Below, piece by piece: positions 1-8,694 of a DNA stretch of 64,000 nucleotides. The notes under the pieces were generated by a model that did not search any database, was not told the origin of the DNA, and saw nothing but the letters and a program-made list of their open reading frames with translations. The translations under genes were made by a program, and so were the position numbers. The stretch lies in the IMG/VR virus record IMGVR_UViG_3300022594_000001. The stretch is one strand, 5' to 3'. Within the stretch, counting starts at the first letter, position 1, and each line of letters starts with the position of its first letter. The DNA is from a virus. Taxonomy: Duplodnaviria; Caudoviricetes.

Positions 1-1
1 A

Positions 2-670
2 GCAGGGCGAGAAGTTGTTGGATCTAAAGCATTGTTTATTACTAAAAAGCGTTATGCCGTACTTGTTTATGACAAAGAAGGTAAGCGTAAAGATAAAGAT
101 GGTAAACCCGGCGACATCAAAGCTATGGGGTTGGACTTAAAACGCTCAGATACTCCTGAATTTATTCAAGACTTCCTAAGCGATGTATTAGAAATGGTAC
201 TAACTGGTGCTACTGAAAAAGAAGTATTAGACTTTATTACTGAATTTAGAATTAAATTTAAGGCTCGCCCTGGTTGGGAAAAGGGTTCACCAAAACGTGC
301 CAATAACATTACTATGTATCAAGGTAAAGAAAAAGATAATGGCAAGACTAACATGCCAGGTCATGTACGTGCAAGTATTAATTGGAACACATTAAAGCGC
401 ATGTTTGATGACAAATACTCAATGAATATTACCGACGGTGCTAAAGTTATTGTATGTAAACTCAAAGCCAACCCATTAGAGTACGCAAGTGTCGCATATC
501 CAGTCGACGAATTGAGGTTACCCCAGTGGTTTAAAGATTTACCTTTTAATCATGCAGAAATGGAAGCTACTATTATCGATAAGAAGCTAGAAAACCTTAT
601 TGGTGTATTGAAGTGGCGTATTGCTGACACTGAAGAAAAGAATACATTTAACAGTTTATTCGAGTTCTAA
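2..670 (+). CDS. Family B DNA polymerase (T4 gp43-like), 5'-truncated by window edge
   Basis: Frame open from base 2 (AGREVVGSKALFITKKRYA...IKAMGLDLKRSDTP): KKRY and GLxxKRSxTP are PolB C-terminal motifs. Confidence 0.9.
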   Translation, partial: AGREVVGSKALFITKKRYAVLVYDKEGKRKDKDGKPGDIKAMGLDLKRSDTPEFIQDFLSDVLEMVLTGATEKEVLDFITEFRIKFKARPGWEKGSPKRANNITMYQGKEKDNGKTNMPGHVRASINWNTLKRMFDDKYSMNITDGAKVIVCKLKANPLEYASVAYPVDELRLPQWFKDLPFNHAEMEATIIDKKLENLIGVLKWRIADTEEKNTFNSLFEF

Positions 671-671
671 T

Positions 672-1454
672 ATGAAAATAATTATAGTAGGGTACGGATT
701 TGTTGGTAAAGCAGTATTCAACGCCCTTAAAACAAAGTACAATGTTGTTATTGTTGATCCGCAGTATACAACAAATGAAATTAAACATCATCCAGATGCT
801 GATGGTATTATCGTCTGTGTCCCTACACCTAGTTTAGACAACGGTGGATGTGATAGTAGTGCTGTTGCAAATGTGTTAGATCAAGTATTGAATGACAATA
901 CTCCTATTCTAATTAAAAGCACAGTAACCCCAGTAGTTACTGAAGCGTTAAACGAGATATATTCAAATTTAACCATTACATACAGTCCAGAATTTTTACG
1001 TGCTAAGACTGCCAACCAAGACTTCCTTGATCAGACACACGTAGTTTTTGGCGGTGTAGATCCAGATGGCTTTTGGCAAGATGTGTTTACACCAGTATTA
1101 ACTAACTGCAAACTATACTTTCACTGTAGTCCAACCGAAGCAGCATTGATAAAGTATTCACGAAACGCCTTTTTGGCAACTAAAGTGTCATTCTTTAATC
1201 AATTGTTTGACTTATGCAATGCGTCAGGTGCAGACTTTGATGTAGTTAGACAGTTAGTAGCACAAGATACTCGCATTGGTGCTGGACATAGCCTAGTACC
1301 AGGGCTAGATGGAGAAAGGGGATTCGGTGGTGCGTGTTTCCCTAAGGATACAGCAGCACTTTTACACTATGCAAATAGCAAAGGCATTAATTTAAGCGTT
1401 ATAGATTCGGCTGTTAATTACAATAAAACGGTAAGAAATTCTATTGACATTTAA
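672..1454 (+). CDS. UDP-glucose/GDP-mannose dehydrogenase family protein, short form (260 aa)
   Basis: ATG at 672; Rossmann IVGYGFVG, VCVPTP, IKSTV, SPEFLR, KYSRNAFLATKVSF, catalytic GFGGACFPKD. Confidence 0.9.
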   Translation: MKIIIVGYGFVGKAVFNALKTKYNVVIVDPQYTTNEIKHHPDADGIIVCVPTPSLDNGGCDSSAVANVLDQVLNDNTPILIKSTVTPVVTEALNEIYSNLTITYSPEFLRAKTANQDFLDQTHVVFGGVDPDGFWQDVFTPVLTNCKLYFHCSPTEAALIKYSRNAFLATKVSFFNQLFDLCNASGADFDVVRQLVAQDTRIGAGHSLVPGLDGERGFGGACFPKDTAALLHYANSKGINLSVIDSAVNYNKTVRNSIDI

Positions 1455-1472
1455 CTAAGATCTAAATAAAAT
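1444..1472 (+). promoter_or_regulatory. sigma70-type promoter overlapping a TAAATA late-type box
   Basis: TTGACA(1444-1449)-17 bp-TAAAAT(1467-1472); TAAATA at 1463-1468; GGAG RBS before ATG 1492. Confidence 0.7.
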
Positions 1473-1491
1473 CAACTATACGGAGAAAATC

Positions 1492-2223
1492 ATGAAAGAC
1501 ATTTTACAAGACATCGTAACACATACACATTCACTAGGAATTATTCCTTTGGTGAAGATTACAAGCACAACAGAAAACACAGACATTGAAGCAATGGCCG
1601 AAGATCGTTCTGTTATTGTTAACGCAACAACTAAAACACCAATTAGTAACTTTGAAGGTGTATTTGGTATGCCTAACTTAAACAAATTAGCTATCCACCT
1701 TGCTTGCCCAGAATACAAAGAAAAGGCAAAAATTACTGTGTCAACTGGACAGCGTAACGGAGAAGAAGTTCCAACAGGACTACACTTCGAAAACGAAACA
1801 GGCGACTTTCAAAACGACTATCGTTTTATGAATACAGAAGTTGTCAATGAAAAATTAAAGACTGTTAAATTCAAAGGTGCTACATGGAACATTGAATTTG
1901 AACCAAGCGCAGCAGCTATTCAACGTTTAAAGTTTCAAGCAAACGCAAATAGTGAAGAAACAGTATTCCAAGTTAGTACAGATAACGATAACTTAATTTT
2001 TAACTTTGGTGATGCAAGTACACACGCAGGTAGCTTTATTTTCGAAGCAAATGTTTCAGGTAAATTAAAACAAACTTGGGCATGGCCAGTTACACAAGTT
2101 ATGAGCATTTTATCATTAACTGGCGATAAGACTGTTCGTATTGCAGATGTAGGCGTAATGCAAATTACAGTTGACAGCGGAATGGCTGAATACAACTACT
2201 TTTTACCAGCACAAACAAAGTAA
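1492..2223 (+). CDS. Probable DNA polymerase sliding clamp (T4 gp45-like)
   Basis: 243 aa, acidic, beta-rich, next to the polymerase; size and position fit gp45; no diagnostic motif. Confidence 0.55.
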   Translation: MKDILQDIVTHTHSLGIIPLVKITSTTENTDIEAMAEDRSVIVNATTKTPISNFEGVFGMPNLNKLAIHLACPEYKEKAKITVSTGQRNGEEVPTGLHFENETGDFQNDYRFMNTEVVNEKLKTVKFKGATWNIEFEPSAAAIQRLKFQANANSEETVFQVSTDNDNLIFNFGDASTHAGSFIFEANVSGKLKQTWAWPVTQVMSILSLTGDKTVRIADVGVMQITVDSGMAEYNYFLPAQTK

Positions 2224-2426
2224 TGGAAACTCACAAAAGAACAGTTGTAAGAATGATCACCTATCGCCTAACAGCGTGGGTGTTCACTATCCTATGGACT
2301 TATTTGTTTACAGGTGACTTAGGAAGTGCTACTGGATTTGCTACAGTACTACATATTCTTTTGAGTATTGACTACTACATACACGAAAGAATCTGGCTAA
2401 AGATTAAATGGGGCAAAATTGAATAA
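2223..2426 (+). CDS. Small membrane protein, DUF2061-like
   Basis: 67 aa, two hydrophobic segments, C-terminal YYIHERIW..IKWG pattern. Confidence 0.65.
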   Translation: METHKRTVVRMITYRLTAWVFTILWTYLFTGDLGSATGFATVLHILLSIDYYIHERIWLKIKWGKIE

Positions 2427-4203
2427 GAATTTAACAGCAACACAAAACGACTACGCAGTATTTTTGCCCGCAACATCTGGATTTTATGCTACCTTTATTG
2501 GTAGACAGCACTATGGTAACTATGTAGATCCTGCACGTATACCAGCGCCATGGGCAAGTGGTATGGACGGGCTTAATTATCTAGAACCAGATAAGGGCGA
2601 GTTTTACTATAGATGGTGTTTGTATTCAGCAGGACATGCTAATTTAGATCTCACTAAACCGGATCAATGCGAAGATATGTTCCGCAAACGAGACCGTTCA
2701 ACATCTTGGGTGTTAGGCGACTCGGGCGGATTCCAGATCGGTAAAGGTGTATGGGAAGGTGAATGGAGAGATCCAACTGGTCCAGAAGTACAGGCTAAAA
2801 TGGCAGAATGTATTGCCAAAGGCATAGAGCTTGTACCCGTTATTGACGCAACCGGTAACCACGCTCTTGATAAGAAAGGCAATCCTAAGTACACTAAAGT
2901 CGATCACGTTAAGCAATATCAAGCAAAACTTGATGCGGCACATAAGAAGCGTACACAGGTGTTAACCTGGATGGACACACTTATGGACTATGGTATGGTC
3001 CTTGATATTCCAGCGTGGGTTGAACGTAGTCCAGCAGGACGTGCAGCAACTGGCATTACTAGCTATGACGAAGCTGTAGACGCAACTAGATACAATAACT
3101 CATACTGGATACAACACCGAACAGGTGCTTGTAAGTTTTTAAACGTTTTACAAGGCGAGAATCACGCACAAGCAGAAGACTGGTATCAAAAGATGAAAGA
3201 CTTTTGCGATCCTAACATCTATGGAGATAAAGCCTTTAACGGCTGGGCCATGGGTGGACAGAATATGTGCGATGTACACTTAGTACTAAAAAGATTAGTT
3301 GCATTACGATTTGACGGACTACTTGAAAAGGGTCAACATGATTGGATGCACTTCTTGGGCACCTCTAAATTAGAGTGGGCTGTTTTATTAACTGATATTC
3401 AACGAGCTGTAAGGAAATACCACAATGAAAACTTTACCATATCTTTTGACTGCGCCTCACCGTTTTTGGCAACAGCAAACGGACAAATCTACATCCAAAC
3501 AGAACTCACCGACAGACAAAAGTGGGTCTACAGAATGGTGCCGTCTGCTGATGACAAAAAGTACGCTCAAGACACAAGACTCTTCAAAGACGCAGTAATT
3601 CAAGATAAAATTTTTAGTAACTTTGATCCAAGTCCGTTAATTGATCAAGTTCGGATTAATGAAATTTGTATTTACGGTGCCGGCACACCTAAACCAGGTG
3701 TTACAAATCCAGACCCAACAAATTTAAATGATTGGTTAATTCCTCCAGACTTAAACAAGTTAGGTAAAGTTAGCAATCGCACAAGTTGGGATTCATTTAG
3801 CTATGCTATACAAATGGGTCATAATGTATGGAGTCATATCAATGCTGTGCAAACAGCTAACCAAGCATACGACAGCAACATTATGCCAGCAATGATGGAT
3901 ACAGTATACGCACATAGAAAGAAAGATTTCTTTTACGACTTGCGTTATTTTAAAGATATGGTTGAAGCTATCTTTGCAGCAACTACTAGAGACGAAGCAA
4001 ACAGACTAGTCGATCTTTATAAAAATTATTTTGATACTATTATTGGTACTAGAGGCAATACTGGTAACAAAATGACTAATGCAAGTAGTCAGTTTAGTGT
4101 ATTATTTGACATCGACGAGGACCCTGCTTCAGACGAACATGGTGATGAATTTACTGACGAAGAAATTCATAAACTTGACGACTTAGAGGATAGTGTAAAA
4201 TGA
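2419..4203 (+). CDS. dpdA: TGT-fold (queuine tRNA-ribosyltransferase-like) protein, probable DNA 7-deazaguanine transglycosylase DpdA
   Basis: TTG start; GDSGGFQ TGT motif, LDIP, LNVLQG, GWAMGG, HFLG, SFDCASP; FolE, QueD-like and QueE genes downstream. Confidence 0.75.
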   Translation: MNKNLTATQNDYAVFLPATSGFYATFIGRQHYGNYVDPARIPAPWASGMDGLNYLEPDKGEFYYRWCLYSAGHANLDLTKPDQCEDMFRKRDRSTSWVLGDSGGFQIGKGVWEGEWRDPTGPEVQAKMAECIAKGIELVPVIDATGNHALDKKGNPKYTKVDHVKQYQAKLDAAHKKRTQVLTWMDTLMDYGMVLDIPAWVERSPAGRAATGITSYDEAVDATRYNNSYWIQHRTGACKFLNVLQGENHAQAEDWYQKMKDFCDPNIYGDKAFNGWAMGGQNMCDVHLVLKRLVALRFDGLLEKGQHDWMHFLGTSKLEWAVLLTDIQRAVRKYHNENFTISFDCASPFLATANGQIYIQTELTDRQKWVYRMVPSADDKKYAQDTRLFKDAVIQDKIFSNFDPSPLIDQVRINEICIYGAGTPKPGVTNPDPTNLNDWLIPPDLNKLGKVSNRTSWDSFSYAIQMGHNVWSHINAVQTANQAYDSNIMPAMMDTVYAHRKKDFFYDLRYFKDMVEAIFAATTRDEANRLVDLYKNYFDTIIGTRGNTGNKMTNASSQFSVLFDIDEDPASDEHGDEFTDEEIHKLDDLEDSVK

Positions 4204-5420
4204 AAAGACGCATCGGAGTCATCGGTGTAGGCAGTGCAGGTATTGTTACACTATGCAAACTGCTAGCATCATTAAGTAATGAATGGGATGTTGTTTCAAT
4301 ATATAATCCAAATATTCCTATTTTAGGAATAGGTGAAAGTACTAATCCTAGTTTTATTCGACTATTAGAACTAGGAACTAGATTTTCTCTCTTAGCAGAT
4401 ACTGATAAACTTGATAGCACTTTAAAATTTGGTACACAGTTTATTAATTGGAGAGATGAGCCGTGGCTTAATCCGTTATTAAGCGGTGGAGTTGCTGTTC
4501 ATTTTAATAACTTTAAATTAAAAGAATTTGCTTTTTCCAGATTTCCAACATTGTGGCCAGAAAAATTTAAAGTTATAGAAGGAAATGTTGATAAAGTTAC
4601 TAACACTAACGATAACGTTACCTTAGAAATCAATGGCAAGGAAGAAGTATTTGATTGGGTTATTGACTGCGGTGGATTTCCTAGCGACGAAGATGAGTAC
4701 ATTAAAAGCACATGTACTATTATGAATCGCTGTTTAGTCTACAGCTTTTTGGAATTTGACCCAATACAATACACTGAGCACATTGCAACACCTAACGGTT
4801 GGATGTTTGGCATTCCACTACAATCAAGAAAAACTTACGGATACTTGTTTAACGATGTAATTACGCCTGTTGAAGAAGCTCAGAAAGATATGGCTAGCAT
4901 ATTAAAAATAGGTGTTGATCAATTAACTACCTCTAACGAGTATCGAGAATATGCATTTAACTCATACTATACATCAAAATTTGTTAACAAACGAGTAATG
5001 AAGAATGGTAATAGAGCATTGTTTTTTGAACCTATTAGTGCAACATCAATTAATCAATACATTGCCACTTGTGATTTAATAATTCAAGTGCTGCTAAATG
5101 GCATGAATGAACCAGAAGCAAATGCGCAGTTTATTCACGAATCACAAATTACTGAAGATATTCTTAATTTTTACTATCACGGTGGTACTACATTTGATAC
5201 ACCATTTTGGCGAGCTGCAAAAGAAAACTCTATCAAACAATTAGACAATAATTTTAGATTTAATTACGTGCTCGATCTTAATCAAAGAGCAATGTCATAC
5301 GGATTGCCATACAACGGACAGGCACATTTATTTTCAAACTATTCACTAGTTGTTATGGATGAGGCATTTGGATATAATTATTTCAAAGGTGCTCCTCGTC
5401 CGTTTAGCCATCCTACTTGA
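4200..5420 (+). CDS. Tryptophan halogenase-like flavin-dependent oxidoreductase
   Basis: GVGSAG FAD motif, IGESTNP, STLKFGTQFINW (conserved Lys), IDCGGF, GWMFGIPL, FFEPISATSI. Confidence 0.8.
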   Translation: MKRRIGVIGVGSAGIVTLCKLLASLSNEWDVVSIYNPNIPILGIGESTNPSFIRLLELGTRFSLLADTDKLDSTLKFGTQFINWRDEPWLNPLLSGGVAVHFNNFKLKEFAFSRFPTLWPEKFKVIEGNVDKVTNTNDNVTLEINGKEEVFDWVIDCGGFPSDEDEYIKSTCTIMNRCLVYSFLEFDPIQYTEHIATPNGWMFGIPLQSRKTYGYLFNDVITPVEEAQKDMASILKIGVDQLTTSNEYREYAFNSYYTSKFVNKRVMKNGNRALFFEPISATSINQYIATCDLIIQVLLNGMNEPEANAQFIHESQITEDILNFYYHGGTTFDTPFWRAAKENSIKQLDNNFRFNYVLDLNQRAMSYGLPYNGQAHLFSNYSLVVMDEAFGYNYFKGAPRPFSHPT

Positions 5421-5445
5421 TTTTACATTACATTTATCGTATAAT
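5417..5445 (+). promoter_or_regulatory. sigma70-type promoter
   Basis: TTGATT(5417-5422)-17 bp-TATAAT(5440-5445) just before ATG 5452. Confidence 0.7.
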
Positions 5446-5451
5446 ACACAC

Positions 5452-5712
5452 ATGACAATGCCAGACGAAAGATTCCGAGCAGTTCTGTACGCAGAAGAAT
5501 TTCTACGTGCAATAGCTGATCCAAACATTACTAAGCGTATTCCAAAAGAAATACGCCAACGTGCTCGCGGAATCCTTCGTCACTATCCTAGTACGTGGGA
5601 TATGCAACAGGCTGCAGAAGCAAGCCCGCATGTGTTTGCCGAACGGATGGAAGATGTAACTAGACTTTTTAAACAATACGAACAATCAAAGGCAAATAAG
5701 AATGAAGCGTGA
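5452..5712 (+). CDS. Small conserved hypothetical protein (BPSL0761-like MTMPDERxRAV start)
   Basis: ATG 5452 follows the promoter; the track start at 5350 overlaps the upstream gene. Confidence 0.6.
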   Translation: MTMPDERFRAVLYAEEFLRAIADPNITKRIPKEIRQRARGILRHYPSTWDMQQAAEASPHVFAERMEDVTRLFKQYEQSKANKNEA

Positions 5713-6217
5713 ACACAAAGGTGCATTTGATCCAGAAGGTGTGCGATTCTTTACAGGTAAAGAAGTAGAGCATACTCCTGCATATGGAATGGATACATTA
5801 TTTGTAATCGGTATCCAACCTACTACAGAAATAACCCCCAGACTACAAAATATAGGCACACATATCTTCTTTGGTGCTGATCATAGCTTTGATCCGAAAA
5901 CACGAGAAGATTGGAAAGAGTGGGAGGCTATGATCGAACACTATTTAAAAATGGGTATACTGTGTAGCCTTGACATTCCATTAAGTGCTGTTGAAGAATT
6001 CAACGAAGGCCCGTTAAATGAATACGATAATTTCATTCCACAAATTAGAGTTCCAATTCCTTATATTAAATTATGGAATTATAATACAATGCTTAAAATA
6101 GATGATAAAGATTTTAAAGCAACTAATCCCGGTGTGTGGACACATAGTCTACATGATTTAAAAGATCGTTCTAAGTTTACTCCTTGGGACAAATATAATA
6201 GCGACAAAACAGTATGA
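5702..6217 (+). CDS. Hypothetical protein within the deazaguanine cluster
   Basis: 171-aa ORF coupled to both neighbours (GKEVEHTPAYGMDTLFV, HIFFGADHSF). Confidence 0.7.
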   Translation: MKREHKGAFDPEGVRFFTGKEVEHTPAYGMDTLFVIGIQPTTEITPRLQNIGTHIFFGADHSFDPKTREDWKEWEAMIEHYLKMGILCSLDIPLSAVEEFNEGPLNEYDNFIPQIRVPIPYIKLWNYNTMLKIDDKDFKATNPGVWTHSLHDLKDRSKFTPWDKYNSDKTV

Positions 6218-6630
6218 TTATCAAGCAAGACATTCGCCCTTTAAAAATGATCTGGGTTAATTTCCAGAAAGAAGGCATTCACAAATATCCAGCGGCACTT
6301 ACAGATCCCGCATTAGCTACAGGAGATGAATACGATGTATCGTTTTTGGGTTATCCTCACCGTCATATTTTCCATTTCAGGGTGTGGATCAGTGTGCAGC
6401 ACAACGACAGGGACATCGAGTTCATCCAATTCAAACGTTGGCTCACTTCGTTGTATCAATCAAGTGCCGACAATAACAGTAGTCAAGATTCCGTTTTAAA
6501 TCTTGACTATAAGAGTTGTGAAATGATATCAGACGATTTGTATGATGTCATTAGCAAGAAGTATCCAAATCGCGAAGTTTGGATTGAGGTTTCCGAAGAT
6601 TCGGAAAATGGTTCATTTATCAAATATTAA
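6214..6630 (+). CDS. QueD-like T-fold protein (6-pyruvoyl-tetrahydropterin / CPH4 synthase family)
   Basis: 138 aa; His at EGIH, HRHIFH (HxH metal site), SCEM, C-terminal VSEDSEN; pathway context. Confidence 0.6.
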   Translation: MIIKQDIRPLKMIWVNFQKEGIHKYPAALTDPALATGDEYDVSFLGYPHRHIFHFRVWISVQHNDRDIEFIQFKRWLTSLYQSSADNNSSQDSVLNLDYKSCEMISDDLYDVISKKYPNREVWIEVSEDSENGSFIKY

Positions 6631-6644
6631 AATAAGAGGCTACT

Positions 6645-6911
6645 ATGGCTAAAAATTATAACGACATCGTTTATTCTGAAACTAAAAACGGTAAGGATTC
6701 CGCTGACATCTTTGATGTACTAGAAGGATATCTAGATTACTGTCGTTTTGAACTCCTTGAGTTCGACCCATCACATTACAGTGTAAGGGGTAATCATCAT
6801 CCACAATATCGTGGTTACATAAACAGTAAGAGACCACGCAAGCCATATTTAGGAAACAAGCCTAGATATAACAACAATAACAGACGCCATGAGCAGAATT
6901 TTTCTAATTGA
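6645..6911 (+). CDS. Hypothetical protein, basic C-terminus
   Basis: 88-aa ORF with GAGG RBS. Confidence 0.6.
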   Translation: MAKNYNDIVYSETKNGKDSADIFDVLEGYLDYCRFELLEFDPSHYSVRGNHHPQYRGYINSKRPRKPYLGNKPRYNNNNRRHEQNFSN

Positions 6912-7959
6912 TTTAGAAGCCGTTGAAACAAGGTACACGGGTCAGTGGAAGACCCATGTACCTGAACTCTTACGAAAGGCAGGACACAATGTTCAAATTA
7001 TCTCTGGGCCTACGGATATTCCTTCAGCCACTACTCCTGGTGCTTTTCTTAATTTTGGTGGCACCAATATATACAAGTCTAGCCAAGTTGAGCAAATGGG
7101 CCGTTTATTTTGTAGCGGATCCGTTTATCCCGGCGACCACTTTATTTTTACTGACGCTTGGCATCCGGGCATTATAAACCTAAAGTACATGAGTGAGCTA
7201 CTAGGTATTCCAGTAGTTACACATGGCTTATGGCATGCTGGTAGTTATGATCCTCAAGACTTCCTTGGACGCTTAGTCGGAGATAAGCCTTGGGTCAGAC
7301 ATGCAGAACAAAGTTTCTATCATGCGTTCGATCATAACTACTTTGCTACACAATTCCACATTGAAATGTTTGGTAAGAATCTGTTAGGCAAAGCAGGATA
7401 TGTTCCAGAAGCTAATGTAACAGGTAAAGTTGTTCGCACAGGTTGGCCTATGGAATATATGCAAGATACCTTGCTAGAATATAAGGGTATGGAAAAACGT
7501 AACCTTATTTTATTCCCACATCGAATTGCTCCAGAAAAACAAGTTGATATTTTTAGAGACTTGAAAGAACGCTTACCACAATACGAGTTTGTAGTATGCC
7601 AGGATCAACAGCTAACAAAAAATGAATATCATAATTTGTTAGGCGAATCAAAATTAGTGTTTAGTGCAAACTTACAAGAAACATTAGGTATTAGTTGGTA
7701 CGAAGGAGCAGTAGTAGATGCTATTCCTATGGTACCGGATCGCCTAAGCTATAGCGAAATGGCAATGGATGAATTCAAGTATCCAAGCAACTGGACCGAA
7801 AGCTATAACCATTATGTAGCAAATAGGAACGAAGTCTGCGATCGTATCGTAGAGTACATGGATAATTACACTAAGTATATTCCACTTGTACACAAACAAA
7901 TGGAGGTGCTACGTGACAACTTCTTCAGCGCAAGAAACATTCTCAATAACATTAACTGA
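6889..7959 (+). CDS. GT-B fold glycosyltransferase (family 4-like)
   Basis: ILFPHRIAPEKQ and QETLGISWYE (E-x7-E) plus AIPMVP are GT4 C-terminal motifs. Confidence 0.85.
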   Translation: MSRIFLIDLEAVETRYTGQWKTHVPELLRKAGHNVQIISGPTDIPSATTPGAFLNFGGTNIYKSSQVEQMGRLFCSGSVYPGDHFIFTDAWHPGIINLKYMSELLGIPVVTHGLWHAGSYDPQDFLGRLVGDKPWVRHAEQSFYHAFDHNYFATQFHIEMFGKNLLGKAGYVPEANVTGKVVRTGWPMEYMQDTLLEYKGMEKRNLILFPHRIAPEKQVDIFRDLKERLPQYEFVVCQDQQLTKNEYHNLLGESKLVFSANLQETLGISWYEGAVVDAIPMVPDRLSYSEMAMDEFKYPSNWTESYNHYVANRNEVCDRIVEYMDNYTKYIPLVHKQMEVLRDNFFSARNILNNIN

Positions 7960-8296
7960 CGAACAATTAGCAGAATTATCGAACAGTACTATAACATTAA
8001 ACGGGTCAAACTGTTATGGTACTCTTACATATCCTTGTTATACATCATCAGTAAGTTCTGTTAGTTATACTACTTCAACAACAGGTTCGACATTTTGTAT
8101 ACCAAACATTAACATCAGCAATGTTGATGTTTGGGGTAGTACTGAATGGGTCAATTCATTTCCTGCTTGGGGAAGGATCGAAGATATGTGTAAAGAGTAC
8201 CCCGGACTTAAACTTGCCTTTGAAAAATTTAAGAATACTTATAATTTAGTAAAAGACGATTTTGATTTGCCTCCGGAAAAAAGGATCAAACCATAA
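7913..8296 (+). CDS. Hypothetical protein with Ser/Thr-rich N-terminal half
   Basis: GTG at 7913 preceded by GGAGG; helical C-terminus CKEYPGLKLAFEKF. Confidence 0.6.
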   Translation: MTTSSAQETFSITLTDEQLAELSNSTITLNGSNCYGTLTYPCYTSSVSSVSYTTSTTGSTFCIPNINISNVDVWGSTEWVNSFPAWGRIEDMCKEYPGLKLAFEKFKNTYNLVKDDFDLPPEKRIKP

Positions 8297-8694
8297 TGGC
8301 TGTTATAAACTTGCCCAATAATACTAATAATACCATACCAGCCGGTGCATACTTAACTTCTGGCGGAACAAGCTACTCAACTGCATGGACTCAGCCAAGT
8401 CAAAATTTTGTAAGTAACCATGGACAGCCAATTATGACTATTCCTAACGAAGGGCAAAAAGTTGTTTTGGAAGAAAAAGCTACGCTCGAAGTTAAAGGCA
8501 ATGTTGTAATAAACGGTCAAGATTTAGAAGAACGGTTAAAGACAATCGAGCAAGTATTGCAAATTCCTACAAGAGATGTTATAATGGAAAATAAGCATCC
8601 AAAACTTGCAAAATTGTACAAACAATATATGCATGAATTGGAAAAATATCGAACATGGGAACGTATTAAAGGAGAAGATAATGGAACTACATGA
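8296..8694 (+). CDS. Hypothetical protein
   Basis: 132-aa ORF, TAATG coupling. Confidence 0.65.
   Translation: MAVINLPNNTNNTIPAGAYLTSGGTSYSTAWTQPSQNFVSNHGQPIMTIPNEGQKVVLEEKATLEVKGNVVINGQDLEERLKTIEQVLQIPTRDVIMENKHPKLAKLYKQYMHELEKYRTWERIKGEDNGTT

Noticed and set aside
621-671. Track start positions extending genes upstream (621, 5350, 7886, 8606, 8878, 9396, 9771, 11018, 14559, 55067, 55962)
   Set aside because: They create long overlaps; downstream starts have RBS or stop/start coupling and match domain boundaries
2419-4203. Intein in the long TGT-fold protein or in the replication enzymes
   Set aside because: No C/S...HN-C/S/T splice junctions or LAGLIDADG motifs seen
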